From assembly GCA_000002445.1 (NCBI GenBank), contig CP000068.1, positions 512,001-576,000 of the forward strand: a DNA stretch of 64,000 nt. Direction: 5' to 3'. This stretch comes from Trypanosoma brucei. Taxonomy: Eukaryota. Position numbers and translations under genes: made by a program. Below the pieces are notes generated by a model. The model did no database searches. It saw nothing but the letters and a program-made list of their open reading frames with translations, and was not told where the DNA came from. This document shows, piece by piece, positions 23,065-35,333 of the stretch (position 1 is its first letter; every line of letters starts with the position of its first letter).

Positions 23065-24453
23065 ATGGAGAGCTACAAGGATGTGATTCTGAGCCAACCG
23101 CCGGCAATGTACCAGCGACTGCCCCAGCCTTCTAATGTCGCCGTAGAAAACTACAAGGGCATTCTTTTATGTGCCTGCCCTGTAAATATTCCCAATGGCG
23201 CCTCCATGGAGCTTCGGGGGAACAATGCCACTGCCCCGACCGGCCCCGTATTCGTACCGGCTGGTGGGTCCAACACGCCACTGGGCTTAGGGCCCTCTGC
23301 GGAGGAGCGCGCAACAATGGAGCGGAACCACCGCCAGCGTGTAGAAAACCTGAAGTCGCAGCGTGCCAATGTCTGCGCAGTCGTTTCACAGCATAAGCGC
23401 TGGCTTCGCAGCTTCGCTAAGCAGATGCGACAAATGAAGGAGGAGGAAGTGGTGCGTGAGGTTGAGCGCGCCCGACGTGTGGACCAGATGAGGCGCAAGT
23501 GGGCACAGAAGGCAAGCGAAGCAACTGCGCAAGAGCAACAAGAGCGCGGTGCAGCGTTGGATGCCGATAGAGGGGGACAAGGGGGCCAACAGCAGCAACA
23601 GCAACAGCAAAGACTCAGTGAAGGAGCAATGGGGAATGTACCTTCAGCACCTGAAGCAAAAGAAAAGAAAAAGGTAGGGAAGAAAAAGAAGAAGCCCAAG
23701 TGGGCCCTCACAGAGGATGAAGCCTTGGAAGATGAGATTGCGGAGGCGGACGACCTGCTTGAGTTCGCAAAGAACCTCGACTATGACAAATTCATCAGTG
23801 ATTACGAGGTGGCTGGCGCTCTTGCCATCATGCGGGACAGGGTGGAGGAACTCACACGCGAGAATAATTGGACGAAGGAATCCGTGGAACGGGCGGCTAA
23901 AGAGAACGCCGACGACGAAGATGAGCATGAATGTGATTATGAAGGAGAAGCTGAGAAGAAGGGTGCATACGATGCAGAGGCGCGTGGCCAAAGGAGGAAG
24001 GAACTCCAACAGCAGCTGTCGAGCACAGCTGTGGCGCGTAAGGCGGCTCCAGCGCAGGTGGCGGCTCATGATAAGGAATGGAGCAATTCAACCTCGATTG
24101 CTGGTGCTTTACGGCGTGCAATCATGCGCGACGCCTTACAGCTTGCGGAGCGTATTCTCGCGTCTTCTGAATCAATGCAACGGATTCACACAAAGTTCAG
24201 TTTGGCTCGCATTCTGCAGTACTGTGCCGTGTGCGGCGAGGATCCGCGAGAGGCAATGCAAAAACCGTCCATTGGTGGGAAGAAAGGACTTGAGAAGGAG
24301 CCACAAATTGTAAAATTACACCCCGATGCCACTGGACTGGAGACTGAAACTAGTGATGGTCAAGGGGGTCAGCGGCGCGTCCTTTTGGATCTTCAGCGCT
24401 CTAAGGAAAGGACTCAGGGGTTGCCGTATTTGTATCGTTGCCCTGCCATATGA
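23065..24453 (+). CDS. hypothetical protein with a charged/coiled central region and a lysine-rich patch
   Basis: ATG-initiated 462-aa ORF. It has an RK-rich putative coiled coil (NLKSQRANV...RKWAQKASEA), poly-Q and KEKKKVGKKKKKPK. No domain is assigned. Confidence 0.5.
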   Translation: MESYKDVILSQPPAMYQRLPQPSNVAVENYKGILLCACPVNIPNGASMELRGNNATAPTGPVFVPAGGSNTPLGLGPSAEERATMERNHRQRVENLKSQRANVCAVVSQHKRWLRSFAKQMRQMKEEEVVREVERARRVDQMRRKWAQKASEATAQEQQERGAALDADRGGQGGQQQQQQQQRLSEGAMGNVPSAPEAKEKKKVGKKKKKPKWALTEDEALEDEIAEADDLLEFAKNLDYDKFISDYEVAGALAIMRDRVEELTRENNWTKESVERAAKENADDEDEHECDYEGEAEKKGAYDAEARGQRRKELQQQLSSTAVARKAAPAQVAAHDKEWSNSTSIAGALRRAIMRDALQLAERILASSESMQRIHTKFSLARILQYCAVCGEDPREAMQKPSIGGKKGLEKEPQIVKLHPDATGLETETSDGQGGQRRVLLDLQRSKERTQGLPYLYRCPAI

Positions 24454-25823
24454 TGGACTTTTCCGATTATTAACTATTTTTACGCATCGTTGTGACGGAC
24501 TTGTTGAGGCGGTGGCTTCCGTGGTTGGACCACTGTGCGGATAAATTTCCGTAACTCAGCTCTTATAGTCTCCGGTTTCCCGTTTTTCCACAACCGATTT
24601 GCGTCGGTTGTGTCTCTTAGTGGTGTAGTCGAAATGTGGGGTCCTTCTCGTTTTGTTTCACGCACCTTCAATTTTTTGTTTGTTAGAGGTTTCTTGTGCC
24701 TGCTTTTTTTTTTTCCTTTGCCAGAGCTTAGGGAAACTAAAAGTATGGAGAAAAACAATTGGGTGGCTCGAGGCAGAAGGAAGAAGTGAAGAAAAGGAAA
24801 AGGAAGAGGGGAGATGTGCAGGGAGCTGCATACACACACGCACGTATATAACAATATACTCTTATATGTGTTAACAGGGCCATCGGGCTAGTGATAGTTG
24901 ATGCTGTTAGTGTTTGTCGTGTGCTGCATGAAATACGTCAACAATATGAGGATGTTGTCGGTTAATTTAGATAAAACGTGTGTGTAGTTGCCTCAGAGAG
25001 TTGGGGTGGTGGTGGTTGTGGCGGTGATGCTGCTGTGTGAATAGGAGGAGAGTAGGGGTAGCGGTGGAAGTTGAGGAACCCATGTATATTTTTTTTTGTT
25101 CATGTATTAAGACAGCGGTTTCCATTCTTGTAATTGAAGCACCTACGGGGAAAAAAAGAAAAAAAAAGGAAAGATTGTGTAGGGAACAAAAAGTCTTTGA
25201 GAAGTTGGAGACATTTTCACCCTTACTCTTTTTTTTTCTCTGGGGAGGTTTCCCGTATCACTCTTTGGGAGCCTTTGTCGTTTTTTTATAAAAAAAAATT
25301 GGTGTGCATATATGTGTGTTGGGGGCAGGAGGGGATGAGTTGGCTGCTCCTTCACACGTATAATCTCAACGTCTCCCTTTTTCTTTTGTTGCCTTGGCTT
25401 CCTTTTGTGTTTCAGTTGCTGTGAAGTTGTACCATTGACTGTTGTGCTTTCAGTAGACTAAAGCAGGCTTCATCTTCGGTTGTTGTCAAAGGCTTACTTC
25501 TTCCCCCTTATTTTACACACATTTTTTACATGTGCTCAAGAAACTTGGTGTGCTTTCGCATTTTTCCTTTTTTTTTTTTTTAAATGGTCTCCTCTTGTCG
25601 TTCATTTATTCAGTGCACATGCACTTAAAGTATTGAGTGCTGAGCTACCTGTTTTCGTCCATCCCTCGTCCTTGTTTCTTTTCTTTTTCCTTCGCCCCCT
25701 GTTTATTATGGATAGCGTCGTGGTAACGTGAACAGCGGCAGCAAACGGCAGAAGGGAAAAGAGATAAATATATATATATATATATATTTTTTTTTGTTTT
25801 TCAAAAAGAAAGAGTAGAAGAGA

Positions 25824-26591
25824 ATGGAAGGAAGTGGAAGTAACTTCTTTACTGGTGCCGCGGCGAACTCAAATGCCGCCACGCAGCAGCGGCGGGTGCA
25901 CCCGATCCGCCCCGTCACAATTAAACAACTGCTCGAGGCTCAACGTGTGGGTGAAGGTGTGACGGTTATTGATGGTCGTGAGGTGACACAAGCAACTGTT
26001 GTGGGGCGAGTGGTGGGCTACGAAAACGATAGCGACAACCGCTTCAGTGGCGGTGCCCTCACGGCTAAACACCACGGCTACCGAATTACTGATGGCACTG
26101 GTGTTGTTGTGGTGCGGCAGTGGATGGATGCCGACCAGCAGGATGATCCGCTGCCATTGCAATGTTATGTGCGGGCAGCCGGTACAGTGAAGATGTGGCA
26201 AAACTCTCCTATTGTTACGGGCACGGTGCGGCTTGTGTCAGACTGTAATGAACTAAACTATCACTTTCTTGACGTGATTCTCACACATCTACGACTCACG
26301 CAGGGGTCGCGACGTCCCAGCTCTGCTGCTCCCGCTGCAGTTCCCAATACGGCGAGTGCAGTCGGTGTTCAGAACATGTTTCCTGGTGGTGATGGAAAGG
26401 TGTTCACGACTGATGTTGTCATCAACACAATCAGGCAGAAGGCACGGGGGGAGGAGGGACTTTCCATGGATGAAATCTCTGCGGCTGCATTGCAATATGG
26501 TTTCAGTGGTCAAGACGTACGCAACGCCATACGTACGTTGATGGAGGAGGGAAAGATTTACCAAACACATGATTGTAAGTTTGGCATTTAA
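25824..26591 (+). CDS. replication protein A 32-kDa subunit-like (RPA2/Stn1-type OB fold plus C-terminal winged helix), tentative
   Basis: The layout is a disordered N-terminus, then an OB-fold-like VTIKQLLEA...VTVIDGREVTQATVVGRVVGYE...YRITDGTGVVVVRQW, then a C-terminal helix-rich tail DEISAAALQYGFSGQDVRNAIRTLMEEGKIYQTHD. That matches the RPA32 architecture. The match is by pattern, not by alignment. Confidence 0.45.
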   Translation: MEGSGSNFFTGAAANSNAATQQRRVHPIRPVTIKQLLEAQRVGEGVTVIDGREVTQATVVGRVVGYENDSDNRFSGGALTAKHHGYRITDGTGVVVVRQWMDADQQDDPLPLQCYVRAAGTVKMWQNSPIVTGTVRLVSDCNELNYHFLDVILTHLRLTQGSRRPSSAAPAAVPNTASAVGVQNMFPGGDGKVFTTDVVINTIRQKARGEEGLSMDEISAAALQYGFSGQDVRNAIRTLMEEGKIYQTHDCKFGI

Positions 26592-27057
26592 AACAAAATG
26601 AAACAATAAAGAGGGGGGAAAAAAAAGAATAGTAGTTCTTGCACGTAATTTTTTCACCTATGCCTGTTGGTGTTGTGGTGTGCTTGCGGCCGGAGGAGGA
26701 GGAAGAAGAGGAGTTGGGGATGGGGTGTTGGGCTTAGACTATGGGAAAAAAAAAATGCACGTATTTGCATATGCATGTATTTATTTATGTATGTGCCTGT
26801 GGTGTCGGGGGAGAAAAATTTTGTTTTTTTTTTTTGAGTCTGGGCGTGGGTGATGCGGGAAAAGGGGGGGGGTGAAAAAAGAAGAAAAATGGGAATAACT
26901 TGCAAAATAGGAATGGAGGTAGTGGAAGGGAAAGGGGAGAAGCCAACAGAAACGTTTTTCTTCCTGTCACTTTATTTCTTTGTGCTTGTTTAGCAGGCTT
27001 TCCTTTGTTACCTGCTTTAACGGTCAGTGGCGGATAGAATGGTATGAATATAAATAA

Positions 27058-27088
<31 letters not shown>

Positions 27089-28812
27089 TATACGTATGCG
27101 TACCTATATACATCTGGAGAGAAGGCTGAAGTAATTTTTGTGCTTCCTTTTTCCTTTAGCTTTATTGATTTGTGCAGATGCCAGCCACTGGGCGTACAGG
27201 TGAAAGATTAAAAATTGTGTCTGGCGCACCGTTTAAATAAGTGTGACTCATCTTTATGCATTATATACATTATATATATATATATATATACAGAATAAAA
27301 CAAACTATAGAAATGCCCCTTCCCCTCTATTTTCAACTCTCTATTTTTACCATCAGTATGAGGCACTGCCGCTGCAAAAATTTTCCCTCCATTGTTGTGA
27401 CCATGGTGGTGAATAGCAGCAGAGGGCGTTACTTGTGACAATAATAATAATAATGATAATGATAATAGTAATAGCCGTAATGAGAGGAATAATAATGAGA
27501 ATAATATGTTGCAACACCATGACACATGTGCGAGCGGGCCGCGCAGTGGTGTGTTTCATAGCGGATGGGAGGGGGGAGGTGCGGCGGCAGGGGAATAAAA
27601 ATTGTGTTTGTTTGTTTTTTATTTTGCTTTTCTTTCTCTGTCATTGTTGCAGTCATTTGTTGGTATGTTTATTATCATTTTGAAGAAGATACTTTTCTTC
27701 CCATTCATTTTTCCTCCATTTTTTTTTTCTTGTTTATATTGTGTGAGTCCTCTGCCCTATCCCGCGTATCATATTGGGGCTTTCCATTTTGTTCTTTTAT
27801 TATTGTTTTAATTCCCGCTAATCTGTACCGTTTATTATATTGTCACGAGTAACGTGTGTTGCTGATAATGTCATGTGCGCACGCATGTTAGGGACTTTTC
27901 TTCCCCTCCCCCCCCCCATTCGAAGAGTTGTGCGCTGCGTTTTTTTTTTTACTATTTTGTTTTTATGCGTATTTGTGCGAAGGAAGCGGGGAAGGATTGG
28001 TGAGTTTGGTTGGTTGAGGAAAAAAAACAAAACGAAGGGAAATGATACACCTTAAGAAGAAATACGGGGGAAAAAAGAAAAAGAAGGAAAGAAAGACGTT
28101 GGAGGACAGGAGGAGAGTATTTATCTGCTTATACATATATATATATATGTGTGTGTGTGTGTATGTGTGATATATTTGTGGAAAAGGCAGCATTAGTTAA
28201 GTACTGTGTTTTTTTTTTTCCGCCCCAAGTTCTTACCTGTCTTTTGCCTTTATCTCTTCACATATCCCTCACATATGTGAGTACGCATTTGTGTGCTGTC
28301 CATCACCATTTTCCACTGAATGGGGTTGGAAGTGCTTTAAAATGGATTCACCTCCTCTCTTCCATCCTTACTTTCCTCCATTTTCTTTTTTCTTTTTTTT
28401 CGTTACTGCGCGCTTTTTTTCTTTGAAAGCCCCAAAGATGGATGATGTTGTTTCCCTTTTGTTGTTGTTGTTTTTTCTGTCCAGTCCTTAATTTTGTGTC
28501 CCGTGTGGTCACACTTTCTTTCCCTTTGTTTTTTTCGTACTTTTCTATTTTGGCTTCTCTCATCCTTTTTTTAAAATTTAATTCTTGTGGCTCAATGCGC
28601 TTCGTTTTTCTCCCTTTTCACTGCAACTTATTACATCCTCTTCATCATCAACGTGGTAAGAGAGGCGAAAAAACTAAAAGATAATTTAGTAACTATCAGT
28701 CTATTGGTAGGAGAAAAGTTAGTTCGTTACGCACGTAAGATTATTTACAAAATAAATCTACATACAGGTTTTAAAGTAAAGGTTTTTTTGTTTTTGAAAG
28801 GAGGGAAACAAA

Positions 28813-28813
<1 letters not shown>

Positions 28814-28843
<30 letters not shown>
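28814..28843. repeat. (ACA)n trinucleotide repeat immediately 5' of the 28867 gene
   Basis: A direct read shows it. A similar (CAA)n/(AACAA)n tract at 33449-33497 abuts the ATG of the 33498 gene. Confidence 0.9.
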
Positions 28844-28866
28844 TAAAACCAAATCGAAGTGGAAGA

Positions 28867-29433
28867 ATGATGCGCCGTGTTTATGCCCCGGTGTTTTGCA
28901 GTGTTGCCGCTGCCCGCTTTGCCGCCACCAGCGCCGCGAAGAAGTATGATTTATTTGGTTATGAGGTGGATACCAACACTGCACCATGGATTGAAAAGAT
29001 CAAGAAGTGCAAGTATTACGACGAAGCCGGGGAGGTGCTCGTAAACATGAACGTCAGTAACTGCCCGCCGGATATCGCCACATATAATGCCACACTCCAG
29101 TGTATTTACCAGTCCCCCTCGAAGCAGTCGACACCCGTGGATAATGAAAGTAAGTTCTGCGCGATGATGGATTTGTTGGAGGAGATGCAGCACCGTAACA
29201 GGTTAAAACCTAACGAAGAATCCTGGACATGGGTGATGAAGGAGTGCGTAAAGAGTGGCCAGTTCCGCCTCGGCTACTGCATTCAACAGGTGATGGAAAC
29301 GGAATGTAAGGGATGCCCAGCAGATCTCGTAAAGGCCAATGAAGCCAATGCACAGAAGGCGAAAACAGAGGGGAAAGAACATCCAGGGCACCTTTCACAG
29401 CAGGCAGGATTGTTTGATGTAAAGGTAGAGTAA
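28867..29433 (+). CDS. small protein with PPR-like helical repeats and an N-terminal presequence-like region (possible mitochondrial)
   Basis: The N-terminus MMRRVYAPVFCSVAAARFAATSAAKK is basic/hydroxylated and acid-free. The segments PDIATYNATLQCIYQS and KPNEESWTWVMKECVKSGQFRLGYCIQQVME resemble pentatricopeptide motifs. Confidence 0.4.
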   Translation: MMRRVYAPVFCSVAAARFAATSAAKKYDLFGYEVDTNTAPWIEKIKKCKYYDEAGEVLVNMNVSNCPPDIATYNATLQCIYQSPSKQSTPVDNESKFCAMMDLLEEMQHRNRLKPNEESWTWVMKECVKSGQFRLGYCIQQVMETECKGCPADLVKANEANAQKAKTEGKEHPGHLSQQAGLFDVKVE

Positions 29434-29815
29434 AAGTACCTCCCCACACACGCAATAGAGGATTCTCTTTTTGACATTCTTCTTGTGTTTAGGTTTTGTG
29501 GGTGTGGTGTGGTGTGGTGTGGCGCCTCTATTTGTATGTTTATTTATTTGGTCGCGTCGGGTAGTTGGCTTGCGCACTCGCAACATATTGACCTTTTTCT
29601 CGAATAAACATAAATATATATATATATATATATTTTCTAGTACGTAGGTGTGTGTGTGTGTGTGTATGTATGGGTGTGTTGGGGTGGCTTTGTTTGAGAA
29701 GGGGCGTGTAGTAATGCTGTGGGAGTTTGGATAGGGAAAGGTTTCGTCTCTCTCTCTCTCTCTCTGTGCGTGTGTGTTTATAATATGCATGCATGGAGTG
29801 ATTGGTGTGCGGAGG

Positions 29816-29862
29816 TGGGACGGGACGGCGCGTGGCGGGACGGGACGGGACGGGACGGGAAA
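29816..29862. repeat. (GGGAC)n G-rich pentamer repeat
   Basis: A direct read shows gggacgggacggcgcgtggcgggacgggacgggacgggacggg. Confidence 0.9.
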
Positions 29863-31012
29863 AAAAAGAACACAAGGAAGGTAAGAAGGAAGGGAGAGTC
29901 AGAGGTAAGTTGCAAGGCAATACGCGCATCTTGTCGGTTCGTTACCATGCGTGTGTGGTGTGTGGTGGGGTGTGGCGACACATTATTTTCTTTCGTTTTA
30001 TTTTTTGTTTCACCACCGCCGCAAGTGCTTACCATCACCATCACTCTCTCTCCACATACAAGCTTCCTCTTTATCTTCTCTTGTTTAACAATAATAATAA
30101 TTTATCATTATTATTATGAAAATTTCTTATTCCTAAAAATTCTGTCGGTTGCCGTTCGTAATGTGTTGTTGTTAGTTTGGTACTAGTAGCGGTGGAAAGG
30201 GAGATTCTGGGAAATGTTGAGGTAATGCATGTGCATGCGTGTATACGAACACTTTGCGTATGTGCATATGTGCGTACCGCTTCCCTATATCTTCCTCTAT
30301 CTCTCTCTCTATATTTATATATATATATATATTCGTATGCGTGTGAATGATGCTTATTTGTCTTGCATTCCTCCTGTGCCGGGGGGAGTGCGCGAGTAAT
30401 GTGATCCGTGTGTGCGTATGAAGGAAGTATAGTAATGGTCGATAATTCATTTTGTCCCTCTTCTCCTCTTTTTGGTTGCTATTGGCTTTGCCATTCTTAT
30501 TTTATTTTTTAGTCTCGCAAACATTAGAGCATAGATATTCCTACATGCATGTCGTCTTTTCCATATACCTACCACCCTTTTAGTATCACGCGACTGTTAG
30601 GGCTTCTGGAAAGTATGCTTGTATTTGTTCGAATATACTTGAGGGGGAGGAGTTGGACTTTGAGTTTATTTATCTGTAGCGTTCTTCGGCCTATTTTCCT
30701 TATTCCGTTACATGCAAGAAGCGCTGAGCTGCGGTAGAAGGAACAGCAACACATTACAAACTGCCACTGACACCATCTTTAACACAATGGTTGTTATTTG
30801 TTGTTGTCATTATGATTTTTATTATGTATGACCAACCTTTTTGTTTTTCCCTACCCCACGCCATGTCGTGTTCACAGCGGTAACATTCGTAGCAGCGGCG
30901 TCAGTTATTATCAACTTTAGTTTTACTCTGTTTTCTCTTTCTCTTTCCTTATTTGTTTCTTTAACTTTCGAGCAAAAGGAGGAGGAGGAGGGGGGGGGTA
31001 TCGGAGTTGAAT

Positions 31013-32902
31013 ATGAGGGGGTCTTTGCCTCTTTTATTCAACCCTGTGCTACCGCCAAGTACCGCCCGCTTGCGTTTGCTGACGTACCCGATGGCTCTCG
31101 CTCAACCTCATGCCTCTGTGCCTCTCATTCAGCCAACTATTGATGGCACACATGACGGCCGAAATGGTGCGACCGTTTCATTAAGGACACAAGCAAGAAT
31201 GCATGGCACTGCAGATAGCACGATGGCAACTGCGGGGGATAGCTCACAGAACAACAGTGTTATGGATTCGCCGCGCTGGTTGCGTAACCCCGATGAGTTG
31301 TGCGTCGCCGCGCTACGGCGCAGTAGGGACGTGAACAAAATTAACTCCTATGTCGCCACGTATAAGTTCGATGATCCTCAGTGGGCTCCGCTGCTTCTGC
31401 CGGAGGTAACGCTACGGCCACAAGTGAATTCAACTGGTGACAAACCAAACGGTGGGAATGAAGCAGCAGCCGACGTGGTTTCGGTTGGTCCCTCTGTTTC
31501 AGCAACTCCAGAATCCACCCCACCGCCGCCGCCGTCATCATCATCATCGTCACCGTATTCCTGCCACGCTGATTGTGTATCGATAAGTCACAACAAAATG
31601 ATCATGTTGGAGTGTATGTCCCGCCATGTGAATTTCTCACTGCGGCATATTGTACAAAAGGGACACGGTATATATCTTATTTACCATGCGCAGCATAGTA
31701 TTTTGCAACCAAAAGGCTTGGTGGAGCAATCCTTTGTGACGTGTTCATTTGGCATCCGTGGGGAGCGCTTGCGCACAGACATTGTGCACGTGGGTCCAAT
31801 TGACGCTGCTGATGTCATGGAGTTGCAACCCTCAGAGGGGCATGACCATCCACGATGTTGTTTCAACCTATACCAGAAGTCAGATGTGAGGCGCGGTGTT
31901 ATTGCTGTCTCTCAAGTGGAGGGATATGGTACCTGGTTTCAGCGGAAGCCGATGTTGTGGCAGCGCTCAAGACGAATTGGGGCACTGCAAAGCCAGCTCG
32001 GGGCCTTTGCGTACGATCTAGTTGACCCGCATGAAGTGGGAAAGTGGCGTGATTGTGAGGTTTCTCTTTTAGCACCGCATATGCGGTTCTTCCGCAACGG
32101 CTTGAATGGCGCCGAGGCAGTGGGTATTATTGCCTCCTCACAGGTCGCACAGCAGCGGCGCTTGTACCTGGGCGAGTTTGAAGCCCCAGCCATAACGGCA
32201 CTCGATGCTGTTCAACAGCTGGCACATGCATCCGCCCTGCGCTGCAAATTGGTCACACCTGTTGTAGATCCTAATGGAGTGGGGGGTACCGGCAGTGGGA
32301 GTTTAGGGGACGAAAACATGGATAAGCATATCGATATGGAAACACTCCTTCCTCTTAGTTGGGCAACGCGTACTCCACCACCTTATGTTCCACTGGAGGC
32401 CGATCTTCCTTTTAAACTACAAATGTCGCGGCCGACTGTATTCGCCGAGAGTCATCAGCAGAATCAGGCGTACCCAACAGGTGGAACGGTGGGTTCTCCC
32501 TTTGTTCGTGGGGCCCCGATGATGATGTTTGAATACAACATGCATCAGGGTGTGGATCATTATGTTTACGATGACGCGCCAAGTGCGCGGCCCATGAAAT
32601 GGTGGTCGCAAAAAAGCAACATGCCTTACAGTGGATACATGTACTTCGCGCGGAGTGGTCTCGTTGATCGATTTACACCATCAGAGGACATACCAAATCC
32701 GCTTGAACCCACATCAAAGCGCAAGCCTCTGCATGCCGTTGTCCCACCAACAAAAGTTGTACAGGAACGTCTAAGAAAATACAGACGAAAGCAACAGGAG
32801 GGACACAAGCAGAGAAGAAGGGCATCAAGTGGAAGTGGAGTGAGCAATGAACCCGATGCAGTGAATCGCCAAGAATCCGTATCGAGGGGAACATGTGAAT
32901 AA
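31013..32902 (+). CDS. hypothetical protein
   Basis: The track ORF begins at a TTG two codons upstream; the first ATG is about 31013. A poly-pyrimidine tract at 30915-30965 precedes it. The 1.9-kb frame is uninterrupted. It has a poly-Pro/Ser segment (PPPPPSSSSSSP). No domain is recognised. Confidence 0.5.
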   Translation: MRGSLPLLFNPVLPPSTARLRLLTYPMALAQPHASVPLIQPTIDGTHDGRNGATVSLRTQARMHGTADSTMATAGDSSQNNSVMDSPRWLRNPDELCVAALRRSRDVNKINSYVATYKFDDPQWAPLLLPEVTLRPQVNSTGDKPNGGNEAAADVVSVGPSVSATPESTPPPPPSSSSSSPYSCHADCVSISHNKMIMLECMSRHVNFSLRHIVQKGHGIYLIYHAQHSILQPKGLVEQSFVTCSFGIRGERLRTDIVHVGPIDAADVMELQPSEGHDHPRCCFNLYQKSDVRRGVIAVSQVEGYGTWFQRKPMLWQRSRRIGALQSQLGAFAYDLVDPHEVGKWRDCEVSLLAPHMRFFRNGLNGAEAVGIIASSQVAQQRRLYLGEFEAPAITALDAVQQLAHASALRCKLVTPVVDPNGVGGTGSGSLGDENMDKHIDMETLLPLSWATRTPPPYVPLEADLPFKLQMSRPTVFAESHQQNQAYPTGGTVGSPFVRGAPMMMFEYNMHQGVDHYVYDDAPSARPMKWWSQKSNMPYSGYMYFARSGLVDRFTPSEDIPNPLEPTSKRKPLHAVVPPTKVVQERLRKYRRKQQEGHKQRRRASSGSGVSNEPDAVNRQESVSRGTCE

Positions 32903-33497
32903 TTTCATCTTCAAATATGCAGTGACAGACGGCAGGAGAAAGCCAGGTAATTTAAAGTGGCTGCGATGGCGGCGGTATTTGGTGAGGAGCGTTCACGTAT
33001 CGTAGTGGGCATGGTTGGTTTTTTTATGTTCCCTTTCCTTTGACTCCTTTGCTTCTCTTCGCTTTTTTTTTTACTGCGGAAGACGTTTACGGAGCGAAAA
33101 AAAAAAATGGGGAATGTATGAGGGACCTGCTCACGGGAAGATCAACACAGGGATTAGTGTGGTGTTAATCCTTCAAAAGTTTCTTTTTTTTTTTAATTAA
33201 AAAAGAAAAAGATGAAACTTGGGGGTTAATAGAATAGTCCTTGTGGCGTGCGTATTATCGCCTTATATTTCATGTGTTTGTTTTGTGACATGTGCCGCTC
33301 CTTCCTTCTCTATGCGCATTTATTATCATTTTCCTTTTCCCCCCTTTCTGCTACAGAGGTTACTTATCTCCTTTCGAGTGCTTACCTCACTGCCTCGTTG
33401 AAGGAGTTGCGTGTTTATCCCGTTCGCACAATACTGACAAAAGTGGAATAACAAAACAAAACAAAACAACAACAACAACAACAACAACAAAAACAAA

Positions 33498-33995
33498 ATG
33501 TTTGGTTCCCGGAAGGCGTCTCGACGCAGGTCGTACAGGAGCAGGTCGACAATGGGGTCACGTGTGGATATTGATTTTTGTAAGTTTGAGGAACCTCCGT
33601 CACCACGGGAAGGGGAGAGACGCTGCTTATTTGTACTTGATCCACTTGAGCACTACGTGGAGAGCAAAGATCGCATGGTGGAATTACTACCGGGACGTGT
33701 GGAGACGGTTGATGGTGTGAATACATATTACATCAATGGGTGTACCACAGAAGAGAAGTTTCCTGGACTTGATTACACTTGTTACAGGGTGGATCTCCGA
33801 GACACGTACCGATCGCGATGCGCAGTACCACCTGAGGCCACACCTGAGGAGAAATTTATTTCACATCGACACCGAAAGTTGATCCCGTACAACAGTCGGA
33901 AGCCGGTGGTGGTTTACCTGCCCGAGGACGCCCAGTTGCACTACCGTATTTGGACGGGTGGCCAGGAGGTGGTGGCCAAGAAAGCCGAAGAATAA
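33498..33995 (+). CDS. hypothetical protein (165 aa)
   Basis: It is ATG-initiated directly after a (CAA)n tract. The N-terminus is basic and the composition is balanced. No domain is recognised. Confidence 0.4.
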   Translation: MFGSRKASRRRSYRSRSTMGSRVDIDFCKFEEPPSPREGERRCLFVLDPLEHYVESKDRMVELLPGRVETVDGVNTYYINGCTTEEKFPGLDYTCYRVDLRDTYRSRCAVPPEATPEEKFISHRHRKLIPYNSRKPVVVYLPEDAQLHYRIWTGGQEVVAKKAEE

Positions 33996-35333
33996 TGATT
34001 TAAAAAAAAAAAAGAAGGAGAGTCGAAAATATATGCGTCATGTGTGCCTATGTGCTTTTTTTTGTTTTTGTGCGTTGAAAACACATTTTCTGCTCGCCAC
34101 TTTCGCTCGTCTTCCTTCATTTCAGTGGGAACAACCGACATTCTCCTTGTCTTTTTTTTTTCTTTTCCATCTTGCTCTCCTCCTTACTTTCCATATTTAC
34201 ACCACCGTGATGTACATGTTTGAGTTTGCGTGTGTAGTGGTAGGAGAACCCTTCTCAACCCTGTTATAACTTTTCAATTCACTACATGTGTATTGGTTCC
34301 TTCAATCAAAGATGGGAAGTGTGCACATATGTATTTTTTTTTCCTGTGTATGTGCGAGCGTGTATGAGGGTGGAACGCAGAGAAAAAGGATGGAAAGAAA
34401 ACAAAAGAAGACCCGTTCGATGTACAGTTTTGTTGTTTTTTTTTTCAAAAAAAGAAAGGATTTTACTGCCGTTTTAACTTCTTTCCTTTTCTTTCCTTTC
34501 CTTTCTTTTTTTCTTTTTTGTCTCCTCTCCTTTGTCCCACCTACTTCTCAGGACGTGATAAAGTGTATATTTACGGGAGAGCATCACAAGAAAGCGACGG
34601 AAGCTTGGGGGACAAGCGCACACATAAACATACATAAACACACACACACACACAAAAAGAAGGAAGCGATGAAGGGGAAGGCAAAGGAGGGGAGTGAAAG
34701 GAGTTGTATAAAATTTGCAGGGCTGTTAGTGAGTGTTGCATGCTTGATTAGCTGCGGTATGGAGTGATGGCTCTGTATTGCAATTTGTTCTAGTGATGTC
34801 GTTTTGTTTTTTTTGTCTTTTAACTGTTTTGGTTCTCCTTTCCATTTTTTCCATCTTACGGTATGGTTGGTGGTATGTAATTCTTTTGAAAGGGCGCTCA
34901 TTGATGTGTTATGAGTGTTGGCGTACAATTTGCCGTCTTGAGGTGTGTTAAACCTCTTTATGTTTCTTTCCTCCTCCTTTCCCCGTCCTCCCGTTCATTC
35001 TTTTGGTTGTCTGCTTTTTGTGTTTCCGCAGGAAGGAAGGGTGCGTGAATTTTCATTATCTTGTTTTTCTCATGGTCGAAATTTATATTATCCTCCTTTT
35101 TGTTTTGTTTTCTTTTTCTCTTTAGTAGCGCTCGCCACTCCTCTTCCCGGGTACTCCGCACACCAACGGCGATAATAATAATTTAAAAAAAAAAGAACGT
35201 GTGATTGGCGGACGGGCAACGGAGTTTTGCAGAGGGGCAATATAGTGAAACCAAAAAAGAGTCACAGCCGGTAGATAGTGCACGGTGTCAACGAGTTTGT
35301 GTGCGCGTGTGCGTGGTTTCTTCATTGCTCCTT

